Positions 20,946-31,727 of a stretch of 64,000 bases of DNA are shown in pieces. This DNA is from Gammaproteobacteria bacterium (lineage in GTDB: Bacteria > Pseudomonadota > Gammaproteobacteria > Eutrophobiales > Eutrophobiaceae), in contig CBDCTH010000012.1 in the NCBI GenBank assembly GCA_965222155.1, positions 2,368,001 through 2,432,000 of the forward strand. Direction: 5' to 3'. The notes below the pieces were generated by a model. It did no database searches and was not told the origin of the DNA. It saw only the letters and a list, made by a program, of their open reading frames with translations. How positions within the stretch are numbered: position 1 is the first letter of the stretch; the number at the start of each line of letters is the position of its first letter. The position numbers were made by a program, and so were the translations under genes.

Positions 20946-22558
20946 GCAGTCTGTCGGACTTAGGGCCTGAATGAGGTATAATACATAGTCTGTGTTTGTG
21001 ATTATATCCACCGTTCTATAGAGTCCACGCCGATGCAAAACTTTGTTCAAGGTGATCGCAATCAACCGTATCTACTACCGCCGGATTTACGCGAGTGGCT
21101 GCCGGAGGACGATTTGGCGCATTTTGTGGTAGCGGCGGTGGAGCGGGTGCCGTTGAGTCATTTTCGGGTGAACGTGCGGGGCACGGGGTCGGCGCACTAT
21201 CACCCGCGTGTGCTGCTGGCGTTACTGATTTATTGTTATGCGAAGGGTATGTTTTCCTCGCGCCGGATTGAGCGGGCGACGTATCGGGATATAGGGGTCC
21301 GTGACGTGACGGCAAACACGCATCCGGACCACGACACGATGTGCAAGTTTCGGCGCGAGCACCTGGCGGCGGTGCATACGAGTTTTGTGCAGGTATTATT
21401 GCTGGCGAAGGAATTGAAGCTGTTGCGGGTGGGTCGGGTAAGTGTGGACGGGACGAAGATGCAGGCGAATGCGAGCCGTCGGCGCAGTATTCGCTATGAC
21501 CGGGCGGTGGCGTTGCGCGAGCAGTTGCGTGGTGAGGTGAAGGACTTGCTGGCCAACGCGGAGCGGGCGGACAGGGCGGCCAGGTCGGACCCGCAGCAGT
21601 TACCTGAGGGGTTGGCCCGGCGGCAGCGGTTGGAGTCACAGTTGGATGCGGCGTGTGAACGTCTGGAGCGGCAGGCCAAGGCGCAAGCGCACGCGGCGCA
21701 GGCCGAGTATGAACGCAAGGTAGCGGCGCGTGATACGCGTCAGGGGCGGGCGAAGGGGCGTCATAGTCAGCCGCCTGATGACACCCCGGCGCCGACGGCG
21801 CAGACGAACCTGACGGAGGCGGACAGTGGGCTGATGCGCAAGCACAAACGGAGTGACTACCAGCAGGCGTACACTGCGCAGGCGGTGGTGGATGCGGACG
21901 GCAGTCAGTGGGTGTTGGGGACGCGGGTGAGTCAATGTGCCAGTGACCGACGGGAGTTGGTGGCGGACGTGGAGGCGGTGGGCACGCCGGCTGAAGTGTT
22001 GGCGGACAACGGCTATGCGACGGAGGCGGAGGTGGAGGAGTTGACCGACCGGGGCATGGAGGTGTTGGTGGCGGTCGGCACGGGTGACCGGCGCCGGCAG
22101 CATGACTTTCGCCCGGAGAGTGCGGATACGCAGCCGAAAGAACCGACCACGCCCTGGTGGGTGGCGATGCAGGCGAAGCTGGCGCAGGCGGAACACCGGG
22201 CCAGCTATCGAGTGCGTAAGCAGACCGTGGAGCCGGTGTTCGGGATTATGAAACACGCCATGGGGTTTCGGCACTTTCTGTTACGCGGCCATGCCAAGGT
22301 AACGGGCGAGTGGCAGTTATTGGCCCTGGCGTACAATTGTAAGCGCTTACATAACCTGCGGTTGGCCTGAGGGGTCGTAGGCGGAGTTATAGCCGGCTGT
22401 TGGGGAGCGCCGTGCTACCGGAGCAGGCCCGAAAGACACACAATACACCAAACCGGGCACGAATGATGCGCTGCAGCACGAACATCCTCAAACAGACGAA
22501 AGACTGAGATGACAGTCTGCAAAGATAATTTCTGCACCCAAGTCCGACAGACTGCTAG
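20943..22558 (+). mobile_element. IS1182-family element; transposase 21033-22370
   Basis: IRs CTAGCAGTCTGTCGGACTT / AAGTCCGACAGACTGCTAG; LLPPDLREWLPEDDLAHF, VDGTK, ADNGY, RKQTVEPVFG. Confidence 0.95.
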
Positions 22559-22709
22559 GCTCAGAGTTATGAGAAGTTTATGACTTTTTGGATGAATTGG
22601 CACTTATTTGAGCAAGAAAATAAAAAAGATGGCCAGAGTATTGGCCAATAATGACGGCGATAAACAAAGTTGTTATTTAATTTGTACCTATATAGTGAGG
22701 AGCTTCGTC

Positions 22710-23825
22710 ATGCCAAATGTCTTCTGCGTTTCTGACTACAACCAAAACTCCCTGGTGATCGTGGATGTGTCTAATATGACTCATAAAACAACAGTTCAAG
22801 TTGGGTCAAAGCCTTACCCGGTCGACTTGATTAGTCCGAACTTGGTCTTGGTTTCGACTCGAGGACTACGTAGTATTCAACCGGTAGATGTAAGAGCGGG
22901 AACCGCTTTATCACCGGTAGCCATTCCACACAAGCCACGCAGTACTACATCCCACCCACGAAAAAATATGGCCTTGATTGGCGGAGCTGATAAAGCCCTG
23001 ACCACAGTTCTTGATACTTCGACTTTCAAGCCCATAGTCTCAGTAGGAACAGGTAATACCTTCCCACGCCGAAACTCCTCGCGCCGAGACTTCGGTGGAG
23101 ATATGGCTTGCGGTCACCCAGCGTGGGGACCTGAGGACACGATCCTGCATCTTGATAGAATCGACCGGCGTATAGACCTGTACGATCTGAACAACAAGCT
23201 AATTTCTTGGGTGAATACCCCCACTTCTGCACATCATATGATTTTTATAGATGGCGATGGCTACTTGGCCCTCTGCGAAGGAAACCCAGTATCGCGTATT
23301 AATCCTTCGGTATTAAAGTTTCATATATCGAAAAAAGGCATCACTATTGATGCTCACACTTTTCTTCCAATTCCTCTAATTCACGCATCACAAACCGGAG
23401 GGCACCATCTCACTTACGATCGTAATCGTAATTTCGTTTACGTAGGCACTAATGAGGGCAGGATGTTCACGTTATCTGCATCAGACTTATCCCCAATTAA
23501 TGTAGTTGATACAGGACCGGGTTGTGGGCATGTAACCATTTGTCCGCAAATGAATCTTGCAGTAGCTACAAACCATACAGGCATTTCGATGACAGTTATT
23601 GATCTCAATTCGGGCAGAGTTGCCGGAAGTATTGGTGTCTCACAACCAGCCGTTGGCAATCAGAAAACCCAAGGCCACACGTCTAAATGGTTCGCAAACT
23701 CATCCCGCTTGGTGTCCACTGCTGCACAAGATGGTTTGATTCTTGAGATAGACCCATCAGCGCGGAAGGTTACGCGTAGTTTTGCAGTCGGCAGCGCCTA
23801 TCTTATTCAAGGGTGCTTTGTCTAG
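22710..23825 (+). CDS. YVTN/YncE-like beta-propeller protein, His-rich, no signal peptide
   Basis: VQVGSKPYPVD, VDTGPGCGHV and similar blade repeats; GAGGAG RBS; more AT-rich than neighbours. Confidence 0.7.
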   Translation: MPNVFCVSDYNQNSLVIVDVSNMTHKTTVQVGSKPYPVDLISPNLVLVSTRGLRSIQPVDVRAGTALSPVAIPHKPRSTTSHPRKNMALIGGADKALTTVLDTSTFKPIVSVGTGNTFPRRNSSRRDFGGDMACGHPAWGPEDTILHLDRIDRRIDLYDLNNKLISWVNTPTSAHHMIFIDGDGYLALCEGNPVSRINPSVLKFHISKKGITIDAHTFLPIPLIHASQTGGHHLTYDRNRNFVYVGTNEGRMFTLSASDLSPINVVDTGPGCGHVTICPQMNLAVATNHTGISMTVIDLNSGRVAGSIGVSQPAVGNQKTQGHTSKWFANSSRLVSTAAQDGLILEIDPSARKVTRSFAVGSAYLIQGCFV

Positions 23826-23843
23826 GCAAGCAACAAATTACAG

Positions 23844-24116
23844 ATGACGATACTACAGAAAATTCGTCAAAAGATAATCGAACGTAAATACTACCTGTCT
23901 TCTCATGCCGAAGAAGAAATGCTGGATGACAACTTGGAGCGCAAAGACATTGAAAATGCTATGCTTAAGGGGCAAATTCAAAAGAGAATGACAAAGGATA
24001 TACGCGGAACAAGATATCGTGTGGAGGGCCCTGCCTTAGATGGGAGGCTGATTCATGTCCTATGCAGGTTTAGAGAGGATTCCCATCTCGTTATTATTAC
24101 TGTATATACATCATAA
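23844..24116 (+). CDS. DUF4258-family putative toxin
   Basis: SSHAEEEM...RLIHVLC...VIITVY pattern, 90 aa. Confidence 0.85.
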   Translation: MTILQKIRQKIIERKYYLSSHAEEEMLDDNLERKDIENAMLKGQIQKRMTKDIRGTRYRVEGPALDGRLIHVLCRFREDSHLVIITVYTS

Positions 24117-24125
24117 GGTGAAATC

Positions 24126-24356
24126 ATGTTATGTGAAATGTGTCGCGGGGAAACAAAAAAAAAGAAAGTAAAACGGCAACATTGGTTAAATGGCCGGCTT
24201 TACATCATAGAAGACGTAGAAGCAGAGGTGTGCAAGGAATGTGGTGAACGGTACTTCCACGCAAAATCGCTGGATGCTATTGATGCTTACCTTGCGGACA
24301 ACCATGTGGTAAAAGCAATGCTGAATGTTGAGGTTGTCAGTATTGGTATAGGATGA
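24126..24356 (+). CDS. YgiT-type zinc-finger (MqsA N-domain-like) protein
   Basis: CEMC...VEAEVCKECGERY; follows DUF4258 gene. Confidence 0.88.
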   Translation: MLCEMCRGETKKKKVKRQHWLNGRLYIIEDVEAEVCKECGERYFHAKSLDAIDAYLADNHVVKAMLNVEVVSIGIG

Positions 24357-24464
24357 GGTGGCCCACATTTGGTTCGCTGTGCTTGTTGCCTGCCTGGTTC
24401 TGGGGCTTTTTCTTAAAAAGAACAGCGTAGTTGAAAGAGGTCCAGCCGGGCCTTTGGCTAGTTA

Positions 24465-24784
24465 GTCGTTCCTGAAAAACCCTGTTTCAATCCGCCATTG
24501 AGGTCGCCGGCCACCATGATAAGCAATTTGAGTTGCCCCACAAACGTAGCCACGCCCACAGGCGTGTCCCTTTTTCGAGACAAAAAAGCCTGGTCCTGAG
24601 GCGACTCAGGTTTTTTTGTCTCAACAAAAGGACACTTATACTGGCTTGGCTACGCTGGTTGGCTGTCGCAGAGCGTCTGTTCGTCTGTCAGGCGCCGGCA
24701 CGCTGTTGGGCCACAAGCCTGTCTGGCTGCCGCCCCTACCGGTCCCCTCAATGCCAACCTGAAACAGGGTTTTTCAGGGTCGAC
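24465..24784. mobile_element. Two fused IS5 right ends in opposite orientation
   Basis: 24465-~24590 is an inverted right end resembling 41100-41232; 24594-24784 is nearly identical to 20308-20498. Confidence 0.85.
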
Positions 24785-24881
24785 TAACTACATTTCCTTA
24801 TAATCAAGAATAAGCTTTCCACTGGATTCATGCTTCCGCAGGAATGACGGGAGAGAAGCGTAATTTTCCGGGTTGTTTATA

Positions 24882-27773
24882 AGGAACCTCTATTTAGTCG
24901 TCCCTGAATAACCCTTAAAAGCCACTCTAAGCTGTTGATTATATTTATATAAGTTACGTTTTTTTCTGGACTGATAGTGCCGGTTTTGGTATCATGGACC
25001 TTCATTTTCTTGCAATATCGGAGATAAAAATGACGCCCAGACAACCTGACGCCGCTACCGGCGCCTCAACCGACCTGTTCCGCGAACGCCTGGACACTAT
25101 GCTCAATCAACGCCATGCCTTATATCGCCTGGCCGACCTGATAGAGTGGTCGGTGTTTGATAAGGCATTCGGTGCGCGGTACTGCCCGGATAACGGTTGT
25201 CCGGGGAAACCGACCCGGTTGAGGGTGGGGTTGCAGTATCTCAAGCATGTGTATGGGTTATCGGACGAGGCGGTGGTGTCGGGCTGGGTGGAGAATCCGT
25301 ATTGGCAGTCTGTCTGCGGGGCGGTGTACGTTCAGCATGAGGCGCCGGTAGACCCGAGCAGCCTGACGCGCTGTCGCCGACGCATTGGGGCGGCGGGGTG
25401 TGCGCGGATTTTACAGGTGACGGTGGCGCTGGGGGTGCAGAGCAAGGCAGTGAAGACGACGGACTTCAAACGGGTGACGGTGGACACCACGGTACAGGAG
25501 ATAAGCGGTGAGTTATCCGACCGACAGCAAGTTGCTGAATCGGTCCCGGGTGCGGTGGGTACGGTTATGTCACAAACAGGGGGTGGTGTTACGCCAGAGC
25601 ACTGCCCGCAAGGGGCCGCGGGCGTTACAACAGGCGAACCGCTACGGTCATGCCAAACAGTATCGGCGGCTGCGGCGCGAGGTGAAGCGGTTACGCACCT
25701 CCCCCTGCTCAACGCCATACAGGGGCAGGCTCTGGGCCGGGTAGTGCGTGACAGTGAGCGTAACACCGCTGGCAATCCGGCACAGCAGCGTATCTTTGCC
25801 GATGAATTGGCCTTAGCCAAGCGACTGCTGGCGCAGCAGAAACAGGATAAACACAAGCTGTACAGCCTGCATGCCCCGGCGGTGGAGTGTATCAGTAAAG
25901 GGAAGGCGCACAAGCGGTATGAATTCGGGGTGAAGGCGAGCATTGCCACCACGAACAAGAGTAACTTCGTGGTGGGGGGTATGGCCTTGCCGGGCAGTCC
26001 GTATGACGGGCACACCTTGAAGGAAGCCCTGGCACAGGTGCGGCGCTTGACCGGGACGAGTATTGATGAGGCGTTTGTAGACCGGGGTTATCGGGGGCAT
26101 GATGAAACGGCGAGTACGGTGTATATCTCCGGTCAGAAGCGCGGCATCAAAACCCAACGGTTGAAACGGTCGCTTAGACGCCGCCAGGCGATTGAACCGG
26201 TGATCGGTCATTTGAAAGCCGACGGGCTGTTAGGGCGCAATCACCTGAACGGGACACAAGGCGACCAATTAAATGTCCTGTTGAGTTGTGCCGGCCACAA
26301 CCTGCGCCTGATCCTGAGACGGCTCAGGTTTTTTTGTCTCGAAAAAAGGATACTTATACTGGCTTGGCTCCGCGTGTTGGTGCCCGCAGCGCGTCTGTCA
26401 GGTGCCGGCACACAGTTGAACCGAAAGCTGGCTTGTCTGGCTCCGCTACCGGTACCCATAATGGCAGCTTGAAACCGGGTTTTTCAGGATCGACTATTTA
26501 TTCGGTCAGATGATATAATAGCGGTGACTTATTTCAACTTTTTCCTCAAGGTGGTTTCATGAAGACACAAGACATATTCGGTTCGTTGTTTGACTTGCAA
26601 GACACACGCTTGAATAAACTGAAGGATCCTCTGGTGCGGTTGGGTGAGGTAGTGGACTGGGAGGCGTTTCGTCCGCTATTGGTGCGTATTCGACCCACGA
26701 CCCGCAAGAGCAAGGCGGGTGCGCCGCGTCGGGATGAGGTGCTGCTGTTCAAGGGGTTGGTGTTACAGCATTTGTACGGGTTGAGTGATGAGCAGTTGGA
26801 ATATCAGCTTGAAGATCGGCGCAGTTTTCAGCGGTTTGTGGGGTTGGATAACTATCATCGGGCGCCGGATGCGAAGACGTTCTGGGCGTTTCGTGAGAAG
26901 TTGGTGGAGCTGAAATTGATGGAGGAACTGTTTGCACGGTTTGCCGAGCAGTTAGCAGACTTGGGGTATCGGGCGCGCACGGGGCAGTGGGTGGATGCTT
27001 CCCTGGTGCCGGCGCCGGTGCAGCGCAACACGCGCGAGGAGAATGCGGCGATAAAGGCGGGGGAGGCGCCTGCGGGCTGGGACGATGAGGCAGCCAAATC
27101 CAAGCGGCGGTAGAAGGACGTGGAGGCACGTTGGACGAAGCAGCGGGGCAGGAGTCATTACGGGTACAAGAATCACGTGAACGTGGACAATGCGCACAAG
27201 CTGATACGCACGTATGCGGTGAGCGCTGCGACTGTGCATGATTCCCAACTGCTCGATGAGTTGTTGGATGAGCACAACAGCAGCAAGGCGTTGTGGGCGG
27301 ACCGCGCCTACCGTTCCAGGGAGCAGGAGGAACGCTTGCAGGCCCAGCGCTACCGCAGCCACATTCAGCGCAAGGGGAGCCGCAACAAGCCGTTGACGGC
27401 GTGGGAGCAGCAGGGCAACCGCACGCGGGCCAAGGTGCGGGTGCGGGTGGAACACGTGTTCGGGGCGCAGTGTGCGACCCGGGCCAAGCTGATACGCTGT
27501 ATCGGGCTGGCGCGCAGTGAGTTGGCCATAGGGATGCTGAACCTGGTGTATAACATGCGACGATTGTGTTACCTGGAAGGGGTCAGCGCGCCCGCATGAC
27601 GGGGAACAGGCATAAAAGGGTGTTAAACAGACACCTGAAGGGGTCAAACAGCCCGTTTGGTGGGTAGACAGAGGCCCATCAGCGCATGTATGGCATAGCT
27701 TTATATACAAAATAGTCCGCTTGCCTGCTCACGTAGGCAATGTGCCAGAAAACGTCAATAAATAGAAGTTCCC
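24882..27773 (+). mobile_element. IS5-family element (second type); transposase 26559-27599 with in-frame TAG at 27111
   Basis: IRs GGAACCTCTATTTA / TAAATAGAAGTTCC, TATA flanks; VDASLV..P.QRNTREEN, YGYKNH, ADRAY, RVRVEHVFG. Confidence 0.9.
24897..26494 (+). mobile_element. Full-length IS5-family element nested in the left end of the previous IS; transposase doubly frameshifted
   Basis: TATTTA duplicated at 24891-24896 and 26495-26500; VDTTVQE, KLYSLHAP.VECISKGKAHKRYEFGVK; +1 at ~25502 and +29 at 25703. Confidence 0.93.
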
Positions 27774-27788
27774 TATAATTTATTTTAC

Positions 27789-27835
27789 TTGACTTGGCTT
27801 ATTCAGGGTCAGTATAGTTACAAATGTAACTAATT
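27789..27835 (+). promoter_or_regulatory. Sigma70 promoter overlapped by palindromic operator upstream of fahA
   Basis: TTGACT-18 nt-TATAGT; TAGTTACA-AA-TGTAACTA at 27815-27832. Confidence 0.8.
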
Positions 27836-27852
27836 TGGAGAGGAAATAATCT

Positions 27853-28848
27853 GTGAAACTGGCCAGTCTTAAAGAGGGAGGGCGTGACGGCACCCTGGTC
27901 GTCGTCAATCGCAACATGAGCAAGGCAATCAAAGTGCCGGACATCGCACCGACATTGCAGGCCGCGCTGGACAACTGGGCGGAAAAGGAACCGGCCCTGA
28001 TACAGGTCTTTGACCATCTCCAGGAAGGTTACGTTGAGGGTGCCTTCGACTTCGACCCGAAACAGCTTACCGCGCCCCTGCCCCGCTCCTACCACTGGGC
28101 GGACGGCAGCGCCTACGTCACCCACGTTGAAATGGTGCGCAAGGCGCGTGGGGTGGAACTGCCCGAATCCTTCTGGACCGACCCGTTGATGTACATGGGT
28201 GCATCCGATGCGTTTATCGGCCCCTGCGATGACGTCCTGATGGAAAGTGAGGATTGGGGTATCGATTTTGAATCAGAGGTCGCGATCTTTACCGACGACG
28301 TACCCGCCGGCATCAGCCCCGAGCAGGCTAAGGAACATATCAAGCTGATCACCATTATCAATGACGTATCACTCAGGAACCTGATACCGGCAGAACTCGC
28401 CAAGCAATTCGGTTTCTACCAATCCAAGCCCTGGACCGCATTCGCACCGGTCGCGGTTATACCGGATGAACTGGGCGACGCCTGGGACGGCGGTAAGATC
28501 AACCTGCCCCTGCACTCCACCATGAACGGTGTAAAGCTGGGTTCACCCAACGCGGGAGTGGATAATACTTTCGATTTGCCCCGGTTGATCTCCCATGCGG
28601 CCAAATCCCGCCCGCTCATGGCGGGAACAGTCGTCGGCTCAGGCACTGTTTCCAACGTAGGCAGCAAGGACGGTTCATCCTGTATCGCCGAGATCAGGTG
28701 CCTGGAAACCATCGCCAACGGCAAGCCAGCTACCGAATTCATGAAATTCGGCGATCGTATCGAGATTGAAATGTTCGATAAAAACGGCGCATCAATTTTC
28801 GGCAGGATCGACCAGGTCATCGCCCGGTATCATCCCCCGGGTAATTAA
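27853..28848 (+). CDS. fahA: Fumarylacetoacetate hydrolase family protein
   Basis: MKLASLKEGGRDGTLVVV, WADGSAY..H, WGIDFESE, NDVSLRNLIPAELAKQFGFYQSKP; adjacent to maiA. Confidence 0.9.
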   Translation: MKLASLKEGGRDGTLVVVNRNMSKAIKVPDIAPTLQAALDNWAEKEPALIQVFDHLQEGYVEGAFDFDPKQLTAPLPRSYHWADGSAYVTHVEMVRKARGVELPESFWTDPLMYMGASDAFIGPCDDVLMESEDWGIDFESEVAIFTDDVPAGISPEQAKEHIKLITIINDVSLRNLIPAELAKQFGFYQSKPWTAFAPVAVIPDELGDAWDGGKINLPLHSTMNGVKLGSPNAGVDNTFDLPRLISHAAKSRPLMAGTVVGSGTVSNVGSKDGSSCIAEIRCLETIANGKPATEFMKFGDRIEIEMFDKNGASIFGRIDQVIARYHPPGN

Positions 28849-28872
28849 TGCCCGGACTTATACCTGTGATTC

Positions 28873-28936
28873 ACATGGATGGACAGGATATACAGGATAA
28901 AATAATCAAAATCCTGTTCATCCTGTCTATCCATGT
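28873..28936. repeat. Imperfect 26-bp inverted repeat (ACAGGAT-type) between fahA and maiA
   Basis: ACATGGATGGACAGGATATACAGGAT ... ATCCTGTTCATCCTGTCTATCCATGT. Confidence 0.8.
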
Positions 28937-28954
28937 TAAAAATCATAAACCAAC

Positions 28955-29602
28955 ATGAAACTGTATAGCTATTGGCGTTCATCAGCTGCGTACCGGGTAC
29001 GCATAGCGCTCAACCTGAAAGGGCTGGATTATGAGGTCATACCGGTACACCTGTTAAAAGACGGCGGCGAACAACTTCAATCGGAATACCGGTCGATAAA
29101 CCCGCAGGGCCTCATCCCTGCTTTGATAGACGGCGACATCAGCCTTGGCCAGTCACTTGCCATAATGGATTACCTGGAAACCAAATACCCGGAACCGGCC
29201 ATATATCCGAAAACGCCTGAGGAACGTGCTATTACCCAGCAATTTGCCCTGGCTGTCGCCTGTGACATCCACCCGCTGAATAACCTGCGCGTCCTGAAAT
29301 ATATAAAACGCACCCTCAAGCTGAACGATGAGGCGAAGAACGTCTGGATTCACCACTGGATAACAAACGGCTTTACGGCATTGGAAAAACTGTTGAACGG
29401 CAGGAACTGGGAAGGCCCTTATTGTGTTGACGGACAAGTCACCATCGCCGATGCCTGCCTGATCCCGCAGATTTATAACGCCCGCCGGTTCGAAATACCG
29501 ATGGATCATTTTCCAACCCTGGTTAGAATTGAACATGCCTGCATGGAACTGGAAGCGTTCCGGCGAGCGGCGCCGGAACACCAGATCGATGCAAATACCT
29601 GA
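28955..29602 (+). CDS. maiA: Maleylacetoacetate isomerase (GST zeta)
   Basis: YWRSSAAYRVRIALNLK, QSLAI, DIHPLNNLRV, LIPQIYNARRF. Confidence 0.97.
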   Translation: MKLYSYWRSSAAYRVRIALNLKGLDYEVIPVHLLKDGGEQLQSEYRSINPQGLIPALIDGDISLGQSLAIMDYLETKYPEPAIYPKTPEERAITQQFALAVACDIHPLNNLRVLKYIKRTLKLNDEAKNVWIHHWITNGFTALEKLLNGRNWEGPYCVDGQVTIADACLIPQIYNARRFEIPMDHFPTLVRIEHACMELEAFRRAAPEHQIDANT

Positions 29603-29612
29603 GAGGTAAGTC

Positions 29613-30311
29613 ATGTCCGGATTTGATAAAACAGTGAACACATACGCCGAAGCGCTCGACAGCCTCCAGGACGGCATGACCATTATTGCCGGCGGCTTCG
29701 GCCTGTGCGGCATCCCTGAGGGGTGCATCACACAGATTAAAAAAATGGGCGTACGCGAATTGACCATTATTTCCAACAACTGCGGCGTGGACGACTTCGG
29801 CCTGGGCTTGTTACTGGAAGATAAGCAGGTCAAAAAGATGATTTCATCCTACGTGGGCGAGAATGCCCTGTTCGAGGAACAATTGCTGAACGGGGAGCTT
29901 GAAGTGGAACTCACGCCCCAGGGAACACTGGCCGAGAAGATGCGGGCCGGAGGCGCCGGAATCCCCGCTTTTTACACCGCCACCGGTTACGGCACACCCG
30001 TAGGAGAAGGCAAGGAGGTACGTGAGTTCAACGGCCGCAAATACATCCTGGAGGAAGCCGTCAGCGGCGACTTTGCCCTTGTCAAAGGCTGGAAGGCGGA
30101 CCGTTACGGCAACGTCATCTACCGGCATACGGCACAAAATTTCAACCCCATGGCCGCGACCGCGGGCCGGATCACCGTGGTTGAAGTAGAGCAGATCGTG
30201 GAACCCGGTGAACTGGAACCCAGCCAGATCCATACAGCTGGCATTTACGTCGACCGACTCATTCAAGGCACGTTCGAGAAACGTATCGAACAACGCACGA
30301 TAACGGAGTAA
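29613..30311 (+). CDS. scoA: 3-oxoacid CoA-transferase subunit A
   Basis: [34 protein letters not shown]. Confidence 0.95.
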   Translation: MSGFDKTVNTYAEALDSLQDGMTIIAGGFGLCGIPEGCITQIKKMGVRELTIISNNCGVDDFGLGLLLEDKQVKKMISSYVGENALFEEQLLNGELEVELTPQGTLAEKMRAGGAGIPAFYTATGYGTPVGEGKEVREFNGRKYILEEAVSGDFALVKGWKADRYGNVIYRHTAQNFNPMAATAGRITVVEVEQIVEPGELEPSQIHTAGIYVDRLIQGTFEKRIEQRTITE

Positions 30312-30315
30312 TCCC

Positions 30316-30972
30316 ATGGCACTCTCACGCGAACAACTGGCAATGCGGGTAGCCCGTGAACTGCAGGACGGCTATTACGTCAACCTTGGTATCGGCATCC
30401 CCACCCTGGTCGCCAACTATATCCCGGACGGCATAGAGGTAATGCTGCAATCGGAAAACGGCCTGCTCGGCATGGGCCCGTTCCCCACCGAGGAGCAACT
30501 GGACGCAGACATGATCAACGCCGGTAAACAGACTGTGACAGCGATCACAGGCGCCTCCATCTTCAACTCAGCAGAATCCTTCGCCATGATCCGCGGCGGT
30601 CACGTCGACCTCACGGTACTGGGCGCATTCGAAGTGGACGTGGAAGGCAACATCGCCTCCTGGATGATCCCGCGCAAACTGATAAAAGGCATGGGCGGCG
30701 CCATGGACCTGGTGGCCGGCGCCGACAACATCATCGTCACCATGACCCACGCCAGCAAAAGCGGCGCGTCAAAGCTGCTGCCCAAGTGTACCCTGCCCCT
30801 GACCGGCGCCGGGTGTATTCACAAGGTTGTGACCGACCTTGCTTATGTGGAGATTAATGATGGGAAGTTCTGGTTGAAGGAACGGGCGCCTGGTGTCAGT
30901 GTTGATGAGATTGTGGCGAAGACGGCTGGGGAGATGGTGGTGCCGGGTTCCGTGCCGGAGATGGAGTTTTAA
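30316..30972 (+). CDS. scoB: 3-oxoacid CoA-transferase subunit B
   Basis: VNLGIGIPT, QSENG (catalytic Glu), MIRGGH, GMGGAMDLV. Confidence 0.95.
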   Translation: MALSREQLAMRVARELQDGYYVNLGIGIPTLVANYIPDGIEVMLQSENGLLGMGPFPTEEQLDADMINAGKQTVTAITGASIFNSAESFAMIRGGHVDLTVLGAFEVDVEGNIASWMIPRKLIKGMGGAMDLVAGADNIIVTMTHASKSGASKLLPKCTLPLTGAGCIHKVVTDLAYVEINDGKFWLKERAPGVSVDEIVAKTAGEMVVPGSVPEMEF

Positions 30973-30987
30973 GTTACTGTTTCCCTG

Positions 30988-31575
30988 TCAGTGGAACACC
31001 CTGGGCCGGAAGCCCGGCTCGTTGATGATGCTGGCGCTGCTACCGGTGGCCCGGATGACATACAAACCCTGCCGCTCCGCATACTCCCTCACAGAAGAAT
31101 CCGCCTTCAGGTACGCCACCGCACCCAATACCTGCTTCCCTTTGTAGACCCGCTCGTAATCCGTGAATTTGTCCAACTTCGCCAGAAACTGCGTCACATC
31201 CTCGGCCCGTAACGTGGTCTTCACTTCCACCACCACCACTTCCTCGCCGTTCACCGCCAGGATATCAAACTCGTAATGACAACCGTCCCGCCCCCCCTTC
31301 ACGTTAGTACACGTCCGTTCCACGGCTATTCCCTGCGCCTGTAACAAGCCAACCAGATCCCCTTCCACCAGACTCTCCATCAGCTTGCTCCACTGACTGT
31401 TGAACAACTTATCCAGCTTCTTGAGACGCTGGTCAGTTTCCTTCATCTGCCGGTCGGTCTCCTTCATGAGCTTTTTGAGCTCCTCCGTCTCCCGGGCTGA
31501 TTTCTCCGATGAGGTGCGCAGAAAACTCCAGATTTCTTCGGGGGTGGCGGGGTCGCGATGCAGTTCGTTTTCCAT
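30988..31575 (-). CDS. Coiled-coil + PD-(D/E)XK nuclease-like protein (DUF3782-like)
   Basis: KETDRQMKETD heptads; E..V.G...EFDILAVN...VVEVK. Confidence 0.75.
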   Translation of the reverse strand: MENELHRDPATPEEIWSFLRTSSEKSARETEELKKLMKETDRQMKETDQRLKKLDKLFNSQWSKLMESLVEGDLVGLLQAQGIAVERTCTNVKGGRDGCHYEFDILAVNGEEVVVVEVKTTLRAEDVTQFLAKLDKFTDYERVYKGKQVLGAVAYLKADSSVREYAERQGLYVIRATGSSASIINEPGFRPRVFH

Positions 31576-31727
31576 GATAACGTTCTCCTATGCCGAATTG
31601 ATGTTATAAAAGATAACACAATGACCCGACGCCATGCAATGGGAAAAAACGGGATTTGACCACGGTTTATCTACGGATTCATGTTTGACTGGATGCTGGC
31701 ATTCACCGGCATGACGACGATTAGATC

